Shown: positions 1 through 9,744, counted from the stretch's first letter. The stretch is DNA of 64,000 bases from Chthonomonadales bacterium (GCA_037443035.1 JBBIPC010000008.1:1-64000), one strand, 5' to 3'. The notes: a model not told the origin generated them from the sequence alone. Made by a program: numbers and translations.

Positions 1-15
1 CCGGGTGGCCCCGGC

Positions 16-55
16 GGTTGAGTAGTCCCGATCGCCATCGGGACGTATCGAAACC
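16..55. repeat. REP-like palindromic element
   Basis: GGTTGAGTAG-TCCCGAT-cgcc-ATCGGGA-CGTATCGAAACC: a perfect 7-bp inner hairpin inside partly complementary flanks. I saw only one copy in the window. Confidence 0.45.
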
Positions 56-127
56 ACCGCCCTGCCCCTAACACACCCATCTTCCGGCACTTCTGACAGT
101 GGATTACGGCTGTCGCGGGCGGTTCCG

Positions 128-1336
128 CTAGCCTTCCTCCTTCAGTTCCGCCTCTTCCTCCGATATCGCAACAGGTTCGCGAACGGGACGCGGCATCAGG
201 TGCCTGGGGAGGACAGTGGCATTGGCGATCAGAGTGGGTATCAAAGCGCTGCCGATGACCGTGGCGACGAGATAGGAGTACTGTGCCTGCGTAACGATTC
301 CGTGAGATAGCCCGTACAGGGATGATATCGTACCGAATGTTAGACCAGTGGACATCATCAGCGTGTAGTACCAGCGTTCGTCACGACGCTGGCGAAAACG
401 ACAGATGATGGGGTAGAGGCCGAAGATCTTGGTCGCGACCTTGCCGGCGAACAGCGTGACGAACACCAGAGGCGCGGCCACAAGCGCAGGAATCGCCACG
501 AGAGTTCCCGCGCGGATGAAGTAGAATGGCGTCAGAAAGCCCACGGTCAGCGTTCTCAGGCGCCGCAGCCAGTGAACGTCACCAGACGAAAACTCGGCTA
601 GCGCCATACCGACAAGGTACGCCGGCAGTACGGCCTCGCTACCGGACCACAGAGCCAGTGCGCCAAGCCCAAAGAGAACGAACGCGACCCACTTCGTACG
701 TATAGCCGCAGTCCGGCCGGCATAGACGCCGGAAAGAGCCTTGGTTACCATAGGAAGCAACACCATCGCCAGGGCAATGGCAACTATGAGCGCGATGGTG
801 CGCCAGGTGAACGGTGCGAACAATAGGCCGAGGGCTATTACCGTTCCCAGGTCGTTGACGAAACAGGCTCCGAGGATCCCCTTGCCGTACTCGGTCTGAT
901 TCAAGCCGGTCTCGAGCATGACGGCGTAGACAACCGCCATGGACGTCGTAGATAGCGCTACGCCGGCCAGCAGACTAGCCTGAACACCCCACCCGAGCAG
1001 GTGCCGGGCCACGGCAGCACAGCCAAGGAATGGTGCCAGGAAGCCTACTAAGCCCACGATGCTGACCTCCTGGAGTTTCCTTCGAACGGTGGATGCCTCG
1101 AGCTCCCCGCCGGCCAGAAAGGTCAACAGTACTGCACCAGCCGAGGCGAGGAACCGTAGCCACTCGAGGTTGCTGCCAAGTTCGGCAGACCCGCCGTAGT
1201 TCTTGGCGGCAGCAGCGGCTACGACTCCCACGGTGATCTCGACCAGCGCGATGGAGATTCGTGCATGATAGGCGATCACCGCCGAAAGGACAGCCATCCC
1301 CAGCCAGAGCGCCGCGATAGTGTAATGATGTTCCAT
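128..1336 (-). CDS. CPA2/Kef-type cation:proton antiporter (Na+/H+ exchanger family), probably fluoride-resistance related
   Basis: About 12 hydrophobic segments and motifs LLTFLAGGEL, ALSTTSMAVV, GACFVNDLG and GFLTPFYFI. Start moved to ATG 1336 (MEHHY) after a GGAGGGACAAGGGT purine-rich leader. Confidence 0.9.
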   Translation of the reverse strand: MEHHYTIAALWLGMAVLSAVIAYHARISIALVEITVGVVAAAAAKNYGGSAELGSNLEWLRFLASAGAVLLTFLAGGELEASTVRRKLQEVSIVGLVGFLAPFLGCAAVARHLLGWGVQASLLAGVALSTTSMAVVYAVMLETGLNQTEYGKGILGACFVNDLGTVIALGLLFAPFTWRTIALIVAIALAMVLLPMVTKALSGVYAGRTAAIRTKWVAFVLFGLGALALWSGSEAVLPAYLVGMALAEFSSGDVHWLRRLRTLTVGFLTPFYFIRAGTLVAIPALVAAPLVFVTLFAGKVATKIFGLYPIICRFRQRRDERWYYTLMMSTGLTFGTISSLYGLSHGIVTQAQYSYLVATVIGSALIPTLIANATVLPRHLMPRPVREPVAISEEEAELKEEG

Positions 1337-1444
1337 ACCCTTGTCCCTCCGTTTCCCCGCGTAGGACAGCGCAGGCTCGGCGACTCGGGCCAGGGAGGTA
1401 TGCATGGGCAGGGCGCCACAGGCTCCCACCGCGACCGCCTGGGC

Positions 1445-1497
1445 GGCAGGAGTCATCAGCCCCGGGAGGGCGCGATTACGGGGGACTCCATCCCCTA
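1445..1497 (-). ncRNA. Fluoride (crcB) riboswitch
   Basis: The minus strand reads GGGGATGGAGTCCCCCGTAATCGCGCCCTCCCGGGGCTGATGACTCCTGC, matching the GAUGGAGUxC..AAYCGC..GCUGAUGACUCCUR consensus. It lies about 110 nt upstream of the antiporter. Confidence 0.93.
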
Positions 1498-1507
1498 TGT
1501 GCTTAGT

Positions 1508-1516
1508 AGTTTACCA
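1508..1516 (-). promoter_or_regulatory. Extended -10 promoter element for the riboswitch leader
   Basis: TGgTAAACT on the minus strand, about 10 nt upstream of the aptamer. Confidence 0.5.
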
Positions 1517-1577
1517 TACGACCGCAAAGCGGCGGCTGCGTCGTCAGGAAGCAGTTCGGATCTGGGATATGGAAAGA

Positions 1578-3017
1578 TCATCCCGCCGACGAATAATCCC
1601 GTGCCCACGATCCCCGCTTGTTTCCGCCGCTAGTCCAGAGCCGAATGACCTCCTCTGTGGCACCAGCTTCCACCAAGTGCTTGCGGATCAGTTGACGCAT
1701 TTCCTCGAGGACGTCTCCGTGTTGAGCTGCTACGTTGCGCGCAGCCAAGGGGTCGGTGCGAAGGTCGTAGAGCTCCTCTGCGCCGTGAGCGCCCACGGGA
1801 CAGTAGCCCCATCGCTCCGTCACAACGAAGGGCGTCGAGCATTTCGCGGGCGCGCGTCCGTCGGTCGAACGGGCGTGACAACCGGTGACAACGAACTCAC
1901 GGAATCGACCCTTGCCTTCGCGGAGGACGCTGGCCATGGAGCGGCCGTGGAACGGCTCGGGAGGCTCGGGCCGGGAACCAGCCAGCTCGCATACTGTGGG
2001 TAGGAAATCCACTGGTTGACCGAAAGCGGCCACGCCAGTTCCCCGCGGCAGGGTCGGCGCCGCGATGAGGAAGGGTACGTGCCCGATTTCGGGGTAGAGG
2101 GGCCAGTAGCGATCGTCTTGTGGATGAATGTTGCTCTTGCCTGTCCGTGCGTGCTCGCCGATGGACATGCCGTGGTCGCTTGTCACGACAACGACGGAAT
2201 TCTCCCACAGCCCTAGGTCGTCCACTTTCTGCAGAACTCGACCTACCCAGCGGTCCACCAGCTCCGCCTCTGCCGCGTAGTGGGCCCGCAGATTGCGGAT
2301 CTCGTCCGGCGTGTATGCGTCGGAGGGGCCGTAGTTCGGGTGGAGCATGGGGGTGCCGCGATAGCCGGGGTCATAGCGTCGCACGAGGTATTCCGGTGCA
2401 TTCCAGGGCTCGTGGGGATCGAAGAAGTCCACCCAAAGGAAGAACGGCGTAGCCTTCCAATTCTCCTCCAGCCAGCGCACCGCCAGTTCGGCTGTCTTGC
2501 ACGGAAATGCATCGGCCTCGTATTGCGGCTTGCGATTGGTCCACGCGTGGAGGTCCACGAGTGTTCTGCCGCGATAGATAGGGGACGTACGCGTCTTGGA
2601 GTGGGGCATCACCTCCTCGATGGGGTCATTCAGATGCAATAGTGGCCGATCACCTTCCTGGCCGCGCACATGGTAGGCGCCTTCGAAAGCACGGTCGAAG
2701 CGAGCGGGGAAGAGGTGGGGGCAATCGCAGAGAAGCTGCGTTGCGTAACCGCAGCGACCGAGTATCGAGGCGATATGATTCTTGCCGCTTAGATCGATGG
2801 GCTGCCAACCGTAGTGGGGCCAGCCCACTCTGCCCGTGGCGATATCGGTGCGGTGGGGGATGGTGGGGAAACTGCCAGTGTAGAACCCGTGGACTTCTAC
2901 TGCCATCTCTGCCGCGAACCGGTCGAGCTGGGGCGTCCTCACTGGCATCTCGGAGTTTCGTTGAAGAAGGTTGTCGTAGCGAAAAGTGTCCGTAATAATC
3001 AGAATGATGTTGAGCAT
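1578..3017 (-). CDS. Sulfatase-fold (alkaline phosphatase superfamily) hydrolase with an atypical T-x-P-x-R motif
   Basis: NIILIITDTFRYD, SFPTIPHRTDIATGR, FDPHEPW, VTSDHG and ELYDLRTDP. Start at ATG 3017 with GGAG upstream. Confidence 0.88.
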   Translation of the reverse strand: MLNIILIITDTFRYDNLLQRNSEMPVRTPQLDRFAAEMAVEVHGFYTGSFPTIPHRTDIATGRVGWPHYGWQPIDLSGKNHIASILGRCGYATQLLCDCPHLFPARFDRAFEGAYHVRGQEGDRPLLHLNDPIEEVMPHSKTRTSPIYRGRTLVDLHAWTNRKPQYEADAFPCKTAELAVRWLEENWKATPFFLWVDFFDPHEPWNAPEYLVRRYDPGYRGTPMLHPNYGPSDAYTPDEIRNLRAHYAAEAELVDRWVGRVLQKVDDLGLWENSVVVVTSDHGMSIGEHARTGKSNIHPQDDRYWPLYPEIGHVPFLIAAPTLPRGTGVAAFGQPVDFLPTVCELAGSRPEPPEPFHGRSMASVLREGKGRFREFVVTGCHARSTDGRAPAKCSTPFVVTERWGYCPVGAHGAEELYDLRTDPLAARNVAAQHGDVLEEMRQLIRKHLVEAGATEEVIRLWTSGGNKRGSWARDYSSAG

Positions 3018-3231
3018 GGTGGGCTCCTGTAGCCTAAGCCTTCCGAATGTCACCGTGAGCGAGCCCATGACAGGGCACTGCACAGGACTTCGCATTCAGG
3101 CAGCCCATGTCCTGCCATATGTAGGGGTATTCCTGCAGCGGGAATGGCATGGAAGGGATCGAACGAAAGAGTGAACCGCCATGGCGCACGACACGCGCAA
3201 GCGCCCATGGCCACGATCGGGAGGGTGGCAT

Positions 3232-5004
3232 ATGAGCATGATAACGAGGGGAGTCTGCGGCGTTGCTTGCATCTTGGCGATGGCATCGGGCATCCCCGAG
3301 AAGACCGGCGGCGTGTCAGAAGCGGTAGAGCGCATCATTGCGCGGATGCACGCGTCCCTGACCACGGAACAGATGCTCGCTGTGGACGAGGCGACGGCCG
3401 AGCGCTTCGTAACTCCGGAAGATCGCGCCATTCTGGCGACGGCCTACTGGGTGTTCGACGTGAACGTTCCGGTGCGTGTCTCCGTCATGCGCCATGCCGG
3501 GCAGAGCACGGTACCGTTCTGGCTCGCTGAGAACGGCTTCCGTAGGACGAACCTGCGAGTCACGAACGAAGAATACGAGTACGAGGTCTGGCAGAAGGAC
3601 TTCCCGGCTGGCAGGGTAGGGTTAGGGATCAATGGCTTCGAGAAACACCGGGTGCATTACTTTGTCTGCATAGGACCAAAGGACGCCGCCGCGCGTCTGC
3701 AAGTGAAGCCAGTCTATCCTGCCAACCAGCAAGTGGCAGTCATGCGCAAGGGTGCTAGCATCTATCACGACTGGCCGGATCTTGTCCTCACGGAGGTGCC
3801 GACCGAACTGGAGGGGCAGCTCTTGCTTCCAACGATACGAGGAAGGGCTCGCGAGGCGCACATCGTCGGAGGCTTCCGACGGTCGCCGTATCCTTCGTCC
3901 ACCTCTCCAGACCAGATTGCTCTCACGTTCGCAGGTGATCCGCAGACGTCCATGGCTGTCCAGTGGAGAACTTCGTCAAGCGTTGCCCGAGGCGTGGTGG
4001 AATGGCGTCGCGTCGGGGAGACAACTTGGCGCAGGACCGCCGGTCGGTCGGTCGTGCTTAGGGATTCCCGCATTCTCAACGATCCCATTGTCCGCCATCA
4101 CGAGGCGAGACTCGAGGGACTCACGCCTGGAACGCGATGGGAGTACCGCGTGGGCAGACCGACAGGTCCGTGGAGCGATGTTGCCGTCTTCACAACGGCC
4201 CCACGCCAAGGACGAGCCTTCTCATTCCTGTGGCTGAGTGATGCGCACAATCAGCCTGCCACAGCGGAGCTTCTGCGAACAGCAGAGCGCACCTTTCCAG
4301 ATTCCGCCTTCTGCGCCATCACAGGCGATCTTGTTGGCACCGGGCAATACCGCGATGACTGGGATCAGTTCTTCGCCCACGTGGGGACCTACGCGAAGTC
4401 GCATCCGCTGGTGCCGACGATCGGCAACCATGACACCATAGACGGGCTTGGCGCAGACCTGTACCTGAGCCTGTTCACGCTGCCGAGGAATGGGGCGAGC
4501 ACGTTGCAGCCCGAGAAGTCCTACAGCTTCATGTTTGGCAATGCTCTGTTCATCGTATTGGACTGTACCGACAGCGTGGAGGCACAGACGCCGTGGCTGG
4601 AGCGGACCCTCAGCAAGAGTGGCGCAACGTGGAAGTTCGCCCTTTTCCACTTTCCGCCCTATGCGCTGTCCCGCGATTATCCGGAGATCGAGCGCGAATG
4701 GGTGCCGCTGTTCGATCGCTACCACGTGGACTTCGTCTTGTGCGGGCATGTCCACCATCTGCAGAGAACGAAACCACTACGTGGCGGCCGGGTGGTCTCG
4801 TCGCCTGCCGACGGAACGATATATCTCACCACAGTGGCAGTGGGGCAGGGACGAACGGTGGACAGGATTCCCGACGACTCGGTCGTCGCCATGGAGCCGG
4901 GACCGCCGCTGTTCCACGCCTTCCGCATCGAGAATCGCCGTGCGCACGTAGAGTGCCGCGACGCCTCCGGCAAGGTCTGGGACGAGCTTACGGTAACGAA
5001 GTAA
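3232..5004 (+). CDS. Secreted purple-acid-phosphatase-like metallophosphoesterase (Fn3-like plus calcineurin-like domain) with an extra N-terminal domain
   Basis: Motifs SDAH, GDLV, IGNHD, FHFP and GHVH; an Fn3-like HEARLEGLTPGTRWEYRVG segment; signal-peptide-like N-terminus; GGGAGG RBS before ATG 3232. Confidence 0.85.
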   Translation: MSMITRGVCGVACILAMASGIPEKTGGVSEAVERIIARMHASLTTEQMLAVDEATAERFVTPEDRAILATAYWVFDVNVPVRVSVMRHAGQSTVPFWLAENGFRRTNLRVTNEEYEYEVWQKDFPAGRVGLGINGFEKHRVHYFVCIGPKDAAARLQVKPVYPANQQVAVMRKGASIYHDWPDLVLTEVPTELEGQLLLPTIRGRAREAHIVGGFRRSPYPSSTSPDQIALTFAGDPQTSMAVQWRTSSSVARGVVEWRRVGETTWRRTAGRSVVLRDSRILNDPIVRHHEARLEGLTPGTRWEYRVGRPTGPWSDVAVFTTAPRQGRAFSFLWLSDAHNQPATAELLRTAERTFPDSAFCAITGDLVGTGQYRDDWDQFFAHVGTYAKSHPLVPTIGNHDTIDGLGADLYLSLFTLPRNGASTLQPEKSYSFMFGNALFIVLDCTDSVEAQTPWLERTLSKSGATWKFALFHFPPYALSRDYPEIEREWVPLFDRYHVDFVLCGHVHHLQRTKPLRGGRVVSSPADGTIYLTTVAVGQGRTVDRIPDDSVVAMEPGPPLFHAFRIENRRAHVECRDASGKVWDELTVTK

Positions 5005-5047
5005 CGCACCGAGCCGGAGGTGACAGGGCAACGTCCGGCTCGGTGCG
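5005..5047. terminator. 14-bp perfect hairpin between convergent genes
   Basis: CGCACCGAGCCGGA ... TCCGGCTCGGTGCG, with no U-tract. Confidence 0.55.
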
Positions 5048-5061
5048 GCGACAAGTGTCTG

Positions 5062-7089
5062 TTACTTGAGCTTTCGAGCGCGATCCTTCAGCGCATCACT
5101 GTCTGCAAGCGCGATGATCTTGTCCAGCGCTGTAGCCACGGCGGATCCCTGCACGGCGGGTAGGTCGCGATTGTTGCGGTTCTGGGGAACGGCGAGGTCC
5201 AGGATAGTCTCGGCAGCTTCTGCGAAAACCTGCTTGTCTTCCAGCAGTTGCGTCGCGAGCACCACGGAGCGTTCCGTGCGGCAGTCCCGCAGTACTCCCA
5301 GGGCTTGGCGCTTCTCTTCTGGCCGTTCAGCGATCTTGAGAGCGGCTTCCACGGCAGCTACCTTATCGTCTGGTGACATCCCAGCATCCTGGGCCACCAG
5401 CCGGAGGTACCCTCGGAGGGCCAGGACCCGAGAGGTGCGCTGCGAATCCGTACGGGCGATGTCCAGTAGGATCGGTCGCGCCGACGCGTCACTCCATGTT
5501 TCCGCCAATCCTTGAATGGCGGCCCGCTTGATCTCCGCGTCTGACGACATCGCGGCTTTGCGGAGCTCCTCGAGAGAAGCCGGGCCGCCAACTTCGGCCA
5601 GGACGCCGAGCATGGCGATGCGGGCCGACCTAGCCGACGATTCGAGCTCGCGGATGATCTGCGCCGTTGCAGCAGAGCGATCCGGTGAACGCTGGATGCA
5701 GGCGACGATGGCGCGGGCTGCCGCTTCGCGGACGCTGTCGTGCGACGTGGCGGAAAGGACGCTCGTCATCGCCGGAACCTGCTCAGCTGACCCAACTGCT
5801 TGCAGTCCCCTCAAGGCCGCAGCCGCCACCGCCTCATCCGCCGTGCGCGCTCCTGCAACGAGCGCCTCCAGGGATGCCTTGCCGGGACGCTCAGCCAGGA
5901 CCGCCATGAGCGCCGCACGCTCGCCGACTGTCCCTGCAGCCGATAGTCGTACGATGGCAGCGGCAGCAGCCTGGCCAGGCATGGCAGCGAGAGCCTCACG
6001 AGCCACTGCGCTCGCATCACCGTTCTTGGCAGCAATCGCCGCGAGCACGGGTACGGCCGTTGCTCCTGCACAGCGCGCAGCCGCGCGGATGGCCGCTATC
6101 TGCACCGCACCGCTCTCGTTCTGCGCCGCAGCAAGAGCGACGCGCGCTTTGAGCGGCTCCTTGCGATCGGCCCAGCCACTGAGGAGGACTACCTTGGCGT
6201 TCGCGGGCAGCTTGCTCCACAGTTGCGCAATCTTCTTCGTCGAAGGTGCCGTTGCGAACTGCACGCAAACCATGGCCGCGCCGCGCTGGATATAAGGATC
6301 GGGGTCCGTGAGCATCTTGGTTGCCAGCGCGCCAACCGCGCTGCTGCCGAAGCTAGCGAGGGCGCGCAGAGCGGCAACCCGTATGACCTTGGGGTAGCCA
6401 GCTGCGGTTAGAGTGGCTATCGTGGGCATGGCGATAGACGACTTGCCTGCCTTGACAAGCGCCATGCTACACTTCAGCAAAGCCTGGGCGGCGGTGATAT
6501 CCCGCCCGCGTAGTCTGCGGAGTGTCTGAAACGCTTCCACGGTACCAATCCGGCCCAGAGCACGGATAGCCGCCGTCCGTGTCTCCCGGTCCTCGTTCGC
6601 CACCAGCCGGGAAAGCAGGGGGACCGCCAGCGCATCTCGACGAACGCCGAGCGAGTTCGCCACTCCCACACGGGAGAGACCCTGCGTCTTCGTGAGAGCC
6701 CTGCGGAGTGCCGCTGATGCCTCGGGTCCCGGTATGTGCTCGAGCGCATATCGGGCAGCATCCGCCTGCCTTTGGTCGGCAAGGAGCATTGCCTCCAAGG
6801 CGGGGACACTACGGGCGGTGCCCATGGACCAAAGGAACTTGCAGACTTCTTGCTTACCTGCGAAGGTCGCAGCGGGATCCTTGAGCACGGCTATGAGCTG
6901 CGTCTCGATAGCGGCAAGCTTGGCTGCATCCTTGCCCGCGTTGCGGATACGCGCATGGATCGCATCCACGGTTTGGCGATTTTGAAAGTCGTAGCCGCGG
7001 ATGCCACGATAGGGATCTTCTTGCCCGTAGGCCAGCGCACCCAGTACGCCAAGGAGCGCGAAAACGCTCGCTAGTCCCATCCTTCTCAT
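5062..7089 (-). CDS. Exported HEAT-repeat (PBS-lyase-like) protein
   Basis: Signal peptide MRRMGLASVFALLGVLGALAYG and repeated R.AAIRALG.IG / A..AL helical units. Confidence 0.8.
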   Translation of the reverse strand: MRRMGLASVFALLGVLGALAYGQEDPYRGIRGYDFQNRQTVDAIHARIRNAGKDAAKLAAIETQLIAVLKDPAATFAGKQEVCKFLWSMGTARSVPALEAMLLADQRQADAARYALEHIPGPEASAALRRALTKTQGLSRVGVANSLGVRRDALAVPLLSRLVANEDRETRTAAIRALGRIGTVEAFQTLRRLRGRDITAAQALLKCSMALVKAGKSSIAMPTIATLTAAGYPKVIRVAALRALASFGSSAVGALATKMLTDPDPYIQRGAAMVCVQFATAPSTKKIAQLWSKLPANAKVVLLSGWADRKEPLKARVALAAAQNESGAVQIAAIRAAARCAGATAVPVLAAIAAKNGDASAVAREALAAMPGQAAAAAIVRLSAAGTVGERAALMAVLAERPGKASLEALVAGARTADEAVAAAALRGLQAVGSAEQVPAMTSVLSATSHDSVREAAARAIVACIQRSPDRSAATAQIIRELESSARSARIAMLGVLAEVGGPASLEELRKAAMSSDAEIKRAAIQGLAETWSDASARPILLDIARTDSQRTSRVLALRGYLRLVAQDAGMSPDDKVAAVEAALKIAERPEEKRQALGVLRDCRTERSVVLATQLLEDKQVFAEAAETILDLAVPQNRNNRDLPAVQGSAVATALDKIIALADSDALKDRARKLK

Positions 7090-7115
7090 ATCCTTCGTCC
7101 TTTCCTTGTCACGGC

Positions 7116-8420
7116 CTACAGGCGCCACGGCGCACGCATGGGCGTGGAGAGCATGCGGGTCGCCGACGGGTCGTTCAGTATCTGTTCCGTGTCAGGGTTC
7201 CAGCGGATCTTCCGTCCCAGGAGCATGGCGATCTGTCCGAGATGACCGATGGACGCCGACCGGTGCGCAGTCTCGGCTGGTGTAGTGGTCTGGCGCCGGG
7301 TCTTGACGCAGTCGAGAAACTCGCGGTGATGCCCCGGGCTCCGGAATAGTTGAATCTCGTCTGGTCCGATACGCTCACGCAGTAGACTCGGTGGACTGGC
7401 TTCGAGACCACCTCGGTCTACCCATACCCACCTTCCGTCTTCGCCGATCCATCTGGTGCCGCTACGGATTCTGCGATTTCCAGCATTGGCCACGTGCATT
7501 TCCACGCCGCCTCGGTACCGGGCAACGAAGTGATACGTGGTCGCGGCATCCCAGATGCCTGTCGAGGGGTATTCGCCGCTGCCCTCGATCTCGACCGGGC
7601 CAGTATTGTCCCAACCCATGCCCCAGTGGGCGATGTCGCCATGATGACCGATCCAGTCCATGAGCTGGCCTCCACCGTAGTCCAGTTGCCAGCGCCAGTT
7701 CCAGTGGGTCCGCTGGTCGCAATAGGGTGCCCACCTCGATGGGCCCAGCCAGAACTCGTAGTCGAGTTCCGGCGGGGGGTCCTTGAACTGGACGGGTCCG
7801 ATGCCGCGTCCCGTAGGGAGACCGACCTCGATGCGGACTATTTTGCCGATCCTCCCGTTGCGCACCAGCTCGCAGGCGAACCGGAATTCGCTGACGGAAC
7901 GCTGCCAGCTCCCGGTCTGCCAGATACGTCCGTTGCGTTTCTGAGCGTCTGCCATGGCTCGACCTTCCGCCAGACAATGGGATATGGGTTTCTCACCGTA
8001 GACGTCCAGCCCGGCGTCCATGGCCATAACAGCCGGGATTGCGTGCCAGTGATCGGGCGTAGCCAGAGAGAGGACGTCCAAGTCGCCTCGAGCAAGCAAC
8101 TCCCGAAAGTCCGTATACGTGGCACAGTCCCTGTTCCCGTAGTGCCGATTGACGATGTCGCGTGCGTTCTGCAGGTGGTTTCTGTCTACGTCGCACACGG
8201 CGATCACCTGCGTGTCTGGCTGTCCCAGAAAGGCCTGCATGTTGCCAGTGCCCATGCCCCCAACGCCGATGCAACCTATGGTAATGCGGTTGCTCGGCGC
8301 CGGCCGTCGGCCTCTTCCCAGCGCGGACGACGGCACGATGGTGAACACGCTGGCCCCCAATCCTAGCCTGATGGAGTCGCCCAGAAACTGCCGGCGGCTC
8401 ATGCGTAGTCGCTGATGCAT
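7116..8420 (-). CDS. Tat-exported Gfo/Idh/MocA family NAD-dependent oxidoreductase
   Basis: Tat motif SRRQFL; IGCIGVGGMG, ATPDHWH, YGEKP and DWIGHHGD. Confidence 0.92.
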   Translation of the reverse strand: MHQRLRMSRRQFLGDSIRLGLGASVFTIVPSSALGRGRRPAPSNRITIGCIGVGGMGTGNMQAFLGQPDTQVIAVCDVDRNHLQNARDIVNRHYGNRDCATYTDFRELLARGDLDVLSLATPDHWHAIPAVMAMDAGLDVYGEKPISHCLAEGRAMADAQKRNGRIWQTGSWQRSVSEFRFACELVRNGRIGKIVRIEVGLPTGRGIGPVQFKDPPPELDYEFWLGPSRWAPYCDQRTHWNWRWQLDYGGGQLMDWIGHHGDIAHWGMGWDNTGPVEIEGSGEYPSTGIWDAATTYHFVARYRGGVEMHVANAGNRRIRSGTRWIGEDGRWVWVDRGGLEASPPSLLRERIGPDEIQLFRSPGHHREFLDCVKTRRQTTTPAETAHRSASIGHLGQIAMLLGRKIRWNPDTEQILNDPSATRMLSTPMRAPWRL

Positions 8421-8527
8421 AGAAAACCTCCTGTCAGAGCTCGCTATCCTGTGCCCTGACGTCCTCTCGTGTCTTCGCTATGCTGGGTCGCCAGTCCTGC
8501 CATGCAGCATGGAGGCCGGCTCGCGAA

Positions 8528-9613
8528 TCAGGCGATCAACTGAGCGACGCGCTCGACACGTCGGAAGTCGGCATTGGGCGGAACGTTGTCGCTCATTCCG
8601 AGAATGAACCCGCGACGATTGCGCAGCGGAAGAATCACGTCTACGATGTACCGGTCGAACTCCGTCGCGGTGCACCCCTCCTCGCAGACGAGCACGGATG
8701 GTATGCCTCCCTGGAGTACCACCTGGCCCTCCAATCTGTCTAGCGCTTCTGCCAGCGTGATATCCGCCATTGGCTTTGTCACAATGGCCTCGACGCAATC
8801 CAGGCCGCAGCCTGGGACGAGCGGGAGCAGATGCTGGGTACGACCGCACCAATGGCCCTGGAAAACCTTACCCTTTTCGCGAGTATATCGGGCGACCTCC
8901 TGGTAGAAAGGAACAGCATAGTGCCGGAAGAGCCTCGGTGGTAGCGTCCACTCGTCCATGTTATCACCGGTGGCAACCACGTCGCCTGGCCCATCGGCGA
9001 GGATACGGTATCCCTCCAGGAACCGCTCGAACCATACATCCACGAGTGCGTCCACTTCGGCCCGATGGTCCGCCCAAAGGTAATAGGCCGTAACGTATCC
9101 TGCGTTGTTCTTGGCGAATTCGATGAACGGCACGCAGAAAGCTCCTGTAACGACGATCCCATCCTCGCCTGTCTCCTCTAGAGCCCTCGAGGCTGGGCCA
9201 TAGTCCGGTTCGTAATGGGTTGCTTCGGCCACGTACCGCATGACGCGCAGACTGTCCAGATCCTTGACGTAATGCTCCCCTAGAAACCGGCTCCTATGCG
9301 CTCCCTCCGTCGGAAACCACGCCGCCCTGACGGAACCTATGGGCGTGTGAAACCAGTGAACAGAAGCGTCGCCCTCTTGTGTCCATTCGCTCCGGACGGA
9401 GGGATCCAATACGGTCCTGATGGCGCTGGCACGGTTCCAGATGTACCCTCCAATGGCCCGGACGATGTCATTGCGCGACATGCCGTTGTACGCAGGCGGG
9501 ACAGTGCCTTCTGCACGGTTCACAGCGAGCCAATAGTCGAAATTCGGGGCCCAGACCAACCGGTCTACCGGCTCATTCCGCAGTGCACGCAGATACCGCT
9601 CGCGCTTCGTCAT
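8528..9613 (-). CDS. Uroporphyrinogen decarboxylase/MtaA-like (URO-D superfamily) protein
   Basis: MTKRERYLRALRNEPVDR start, GDN, HWCG, LQGG and GFILGMSDNVPP. The N-terminal extension in the ORF track overlaps the neighbouring gene and was removed. Confidence 0.82.
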   Translation of the reverse strand: MTKRERYLRALRNEPVDRLVWAPNFDYWLAVNRAEGTVPPAYNGMSRNDIVRAIGGYIWNRASAIRTVLDPSVRSEWTQEGDASVHWFHTPIGSVRAAWFPTEGAHRSRFLGEHYVKDLDSLRVMRYVAEATHYEPDYGPASRALEETGEDGIVVTGAFCVPFIEFAKNNAGYVTAYYLWADHRAEVDALVDVWFERFLEGYRILADGPGDVVATGDNMDEWTLPPRLFRHYAVPFYQEVARYTREKGKVFQGHWCGRTQHLLPLVPGCGLDCVEAIVTKPMADITLAEALDRLEGQVVLQGGIPSVLVCEEGCTATEFDRYIVDVILPLRNRRGFILGMSDNVPPNADFRRVERVAQLIA

Positions 9614-9744
9614 CGCTCCATCCTTGCATGGCCCTGGTCGTACACGTCGTTTCGGTGCAGGATATCCGGACTCCTTGTGCAGCGTCCGGCGAGGCAAGCT
9701 GTCGCGGGAGGACATCTGAGCACTCGAGCAGGGACCGAGCAAGG

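Noticed and set aside
1..80. Minus-strand ORF starting at ATG 80
   Set aside because: It translates through the palindromic repeat, is truncated by the window edge, and has no support.
1337..1456. N-terminal extension of the antiporter ORF
   Set aside because: It runs through the fluoride riboswitch leader; ATG 1336 has an RBS and begins the first TM segment.
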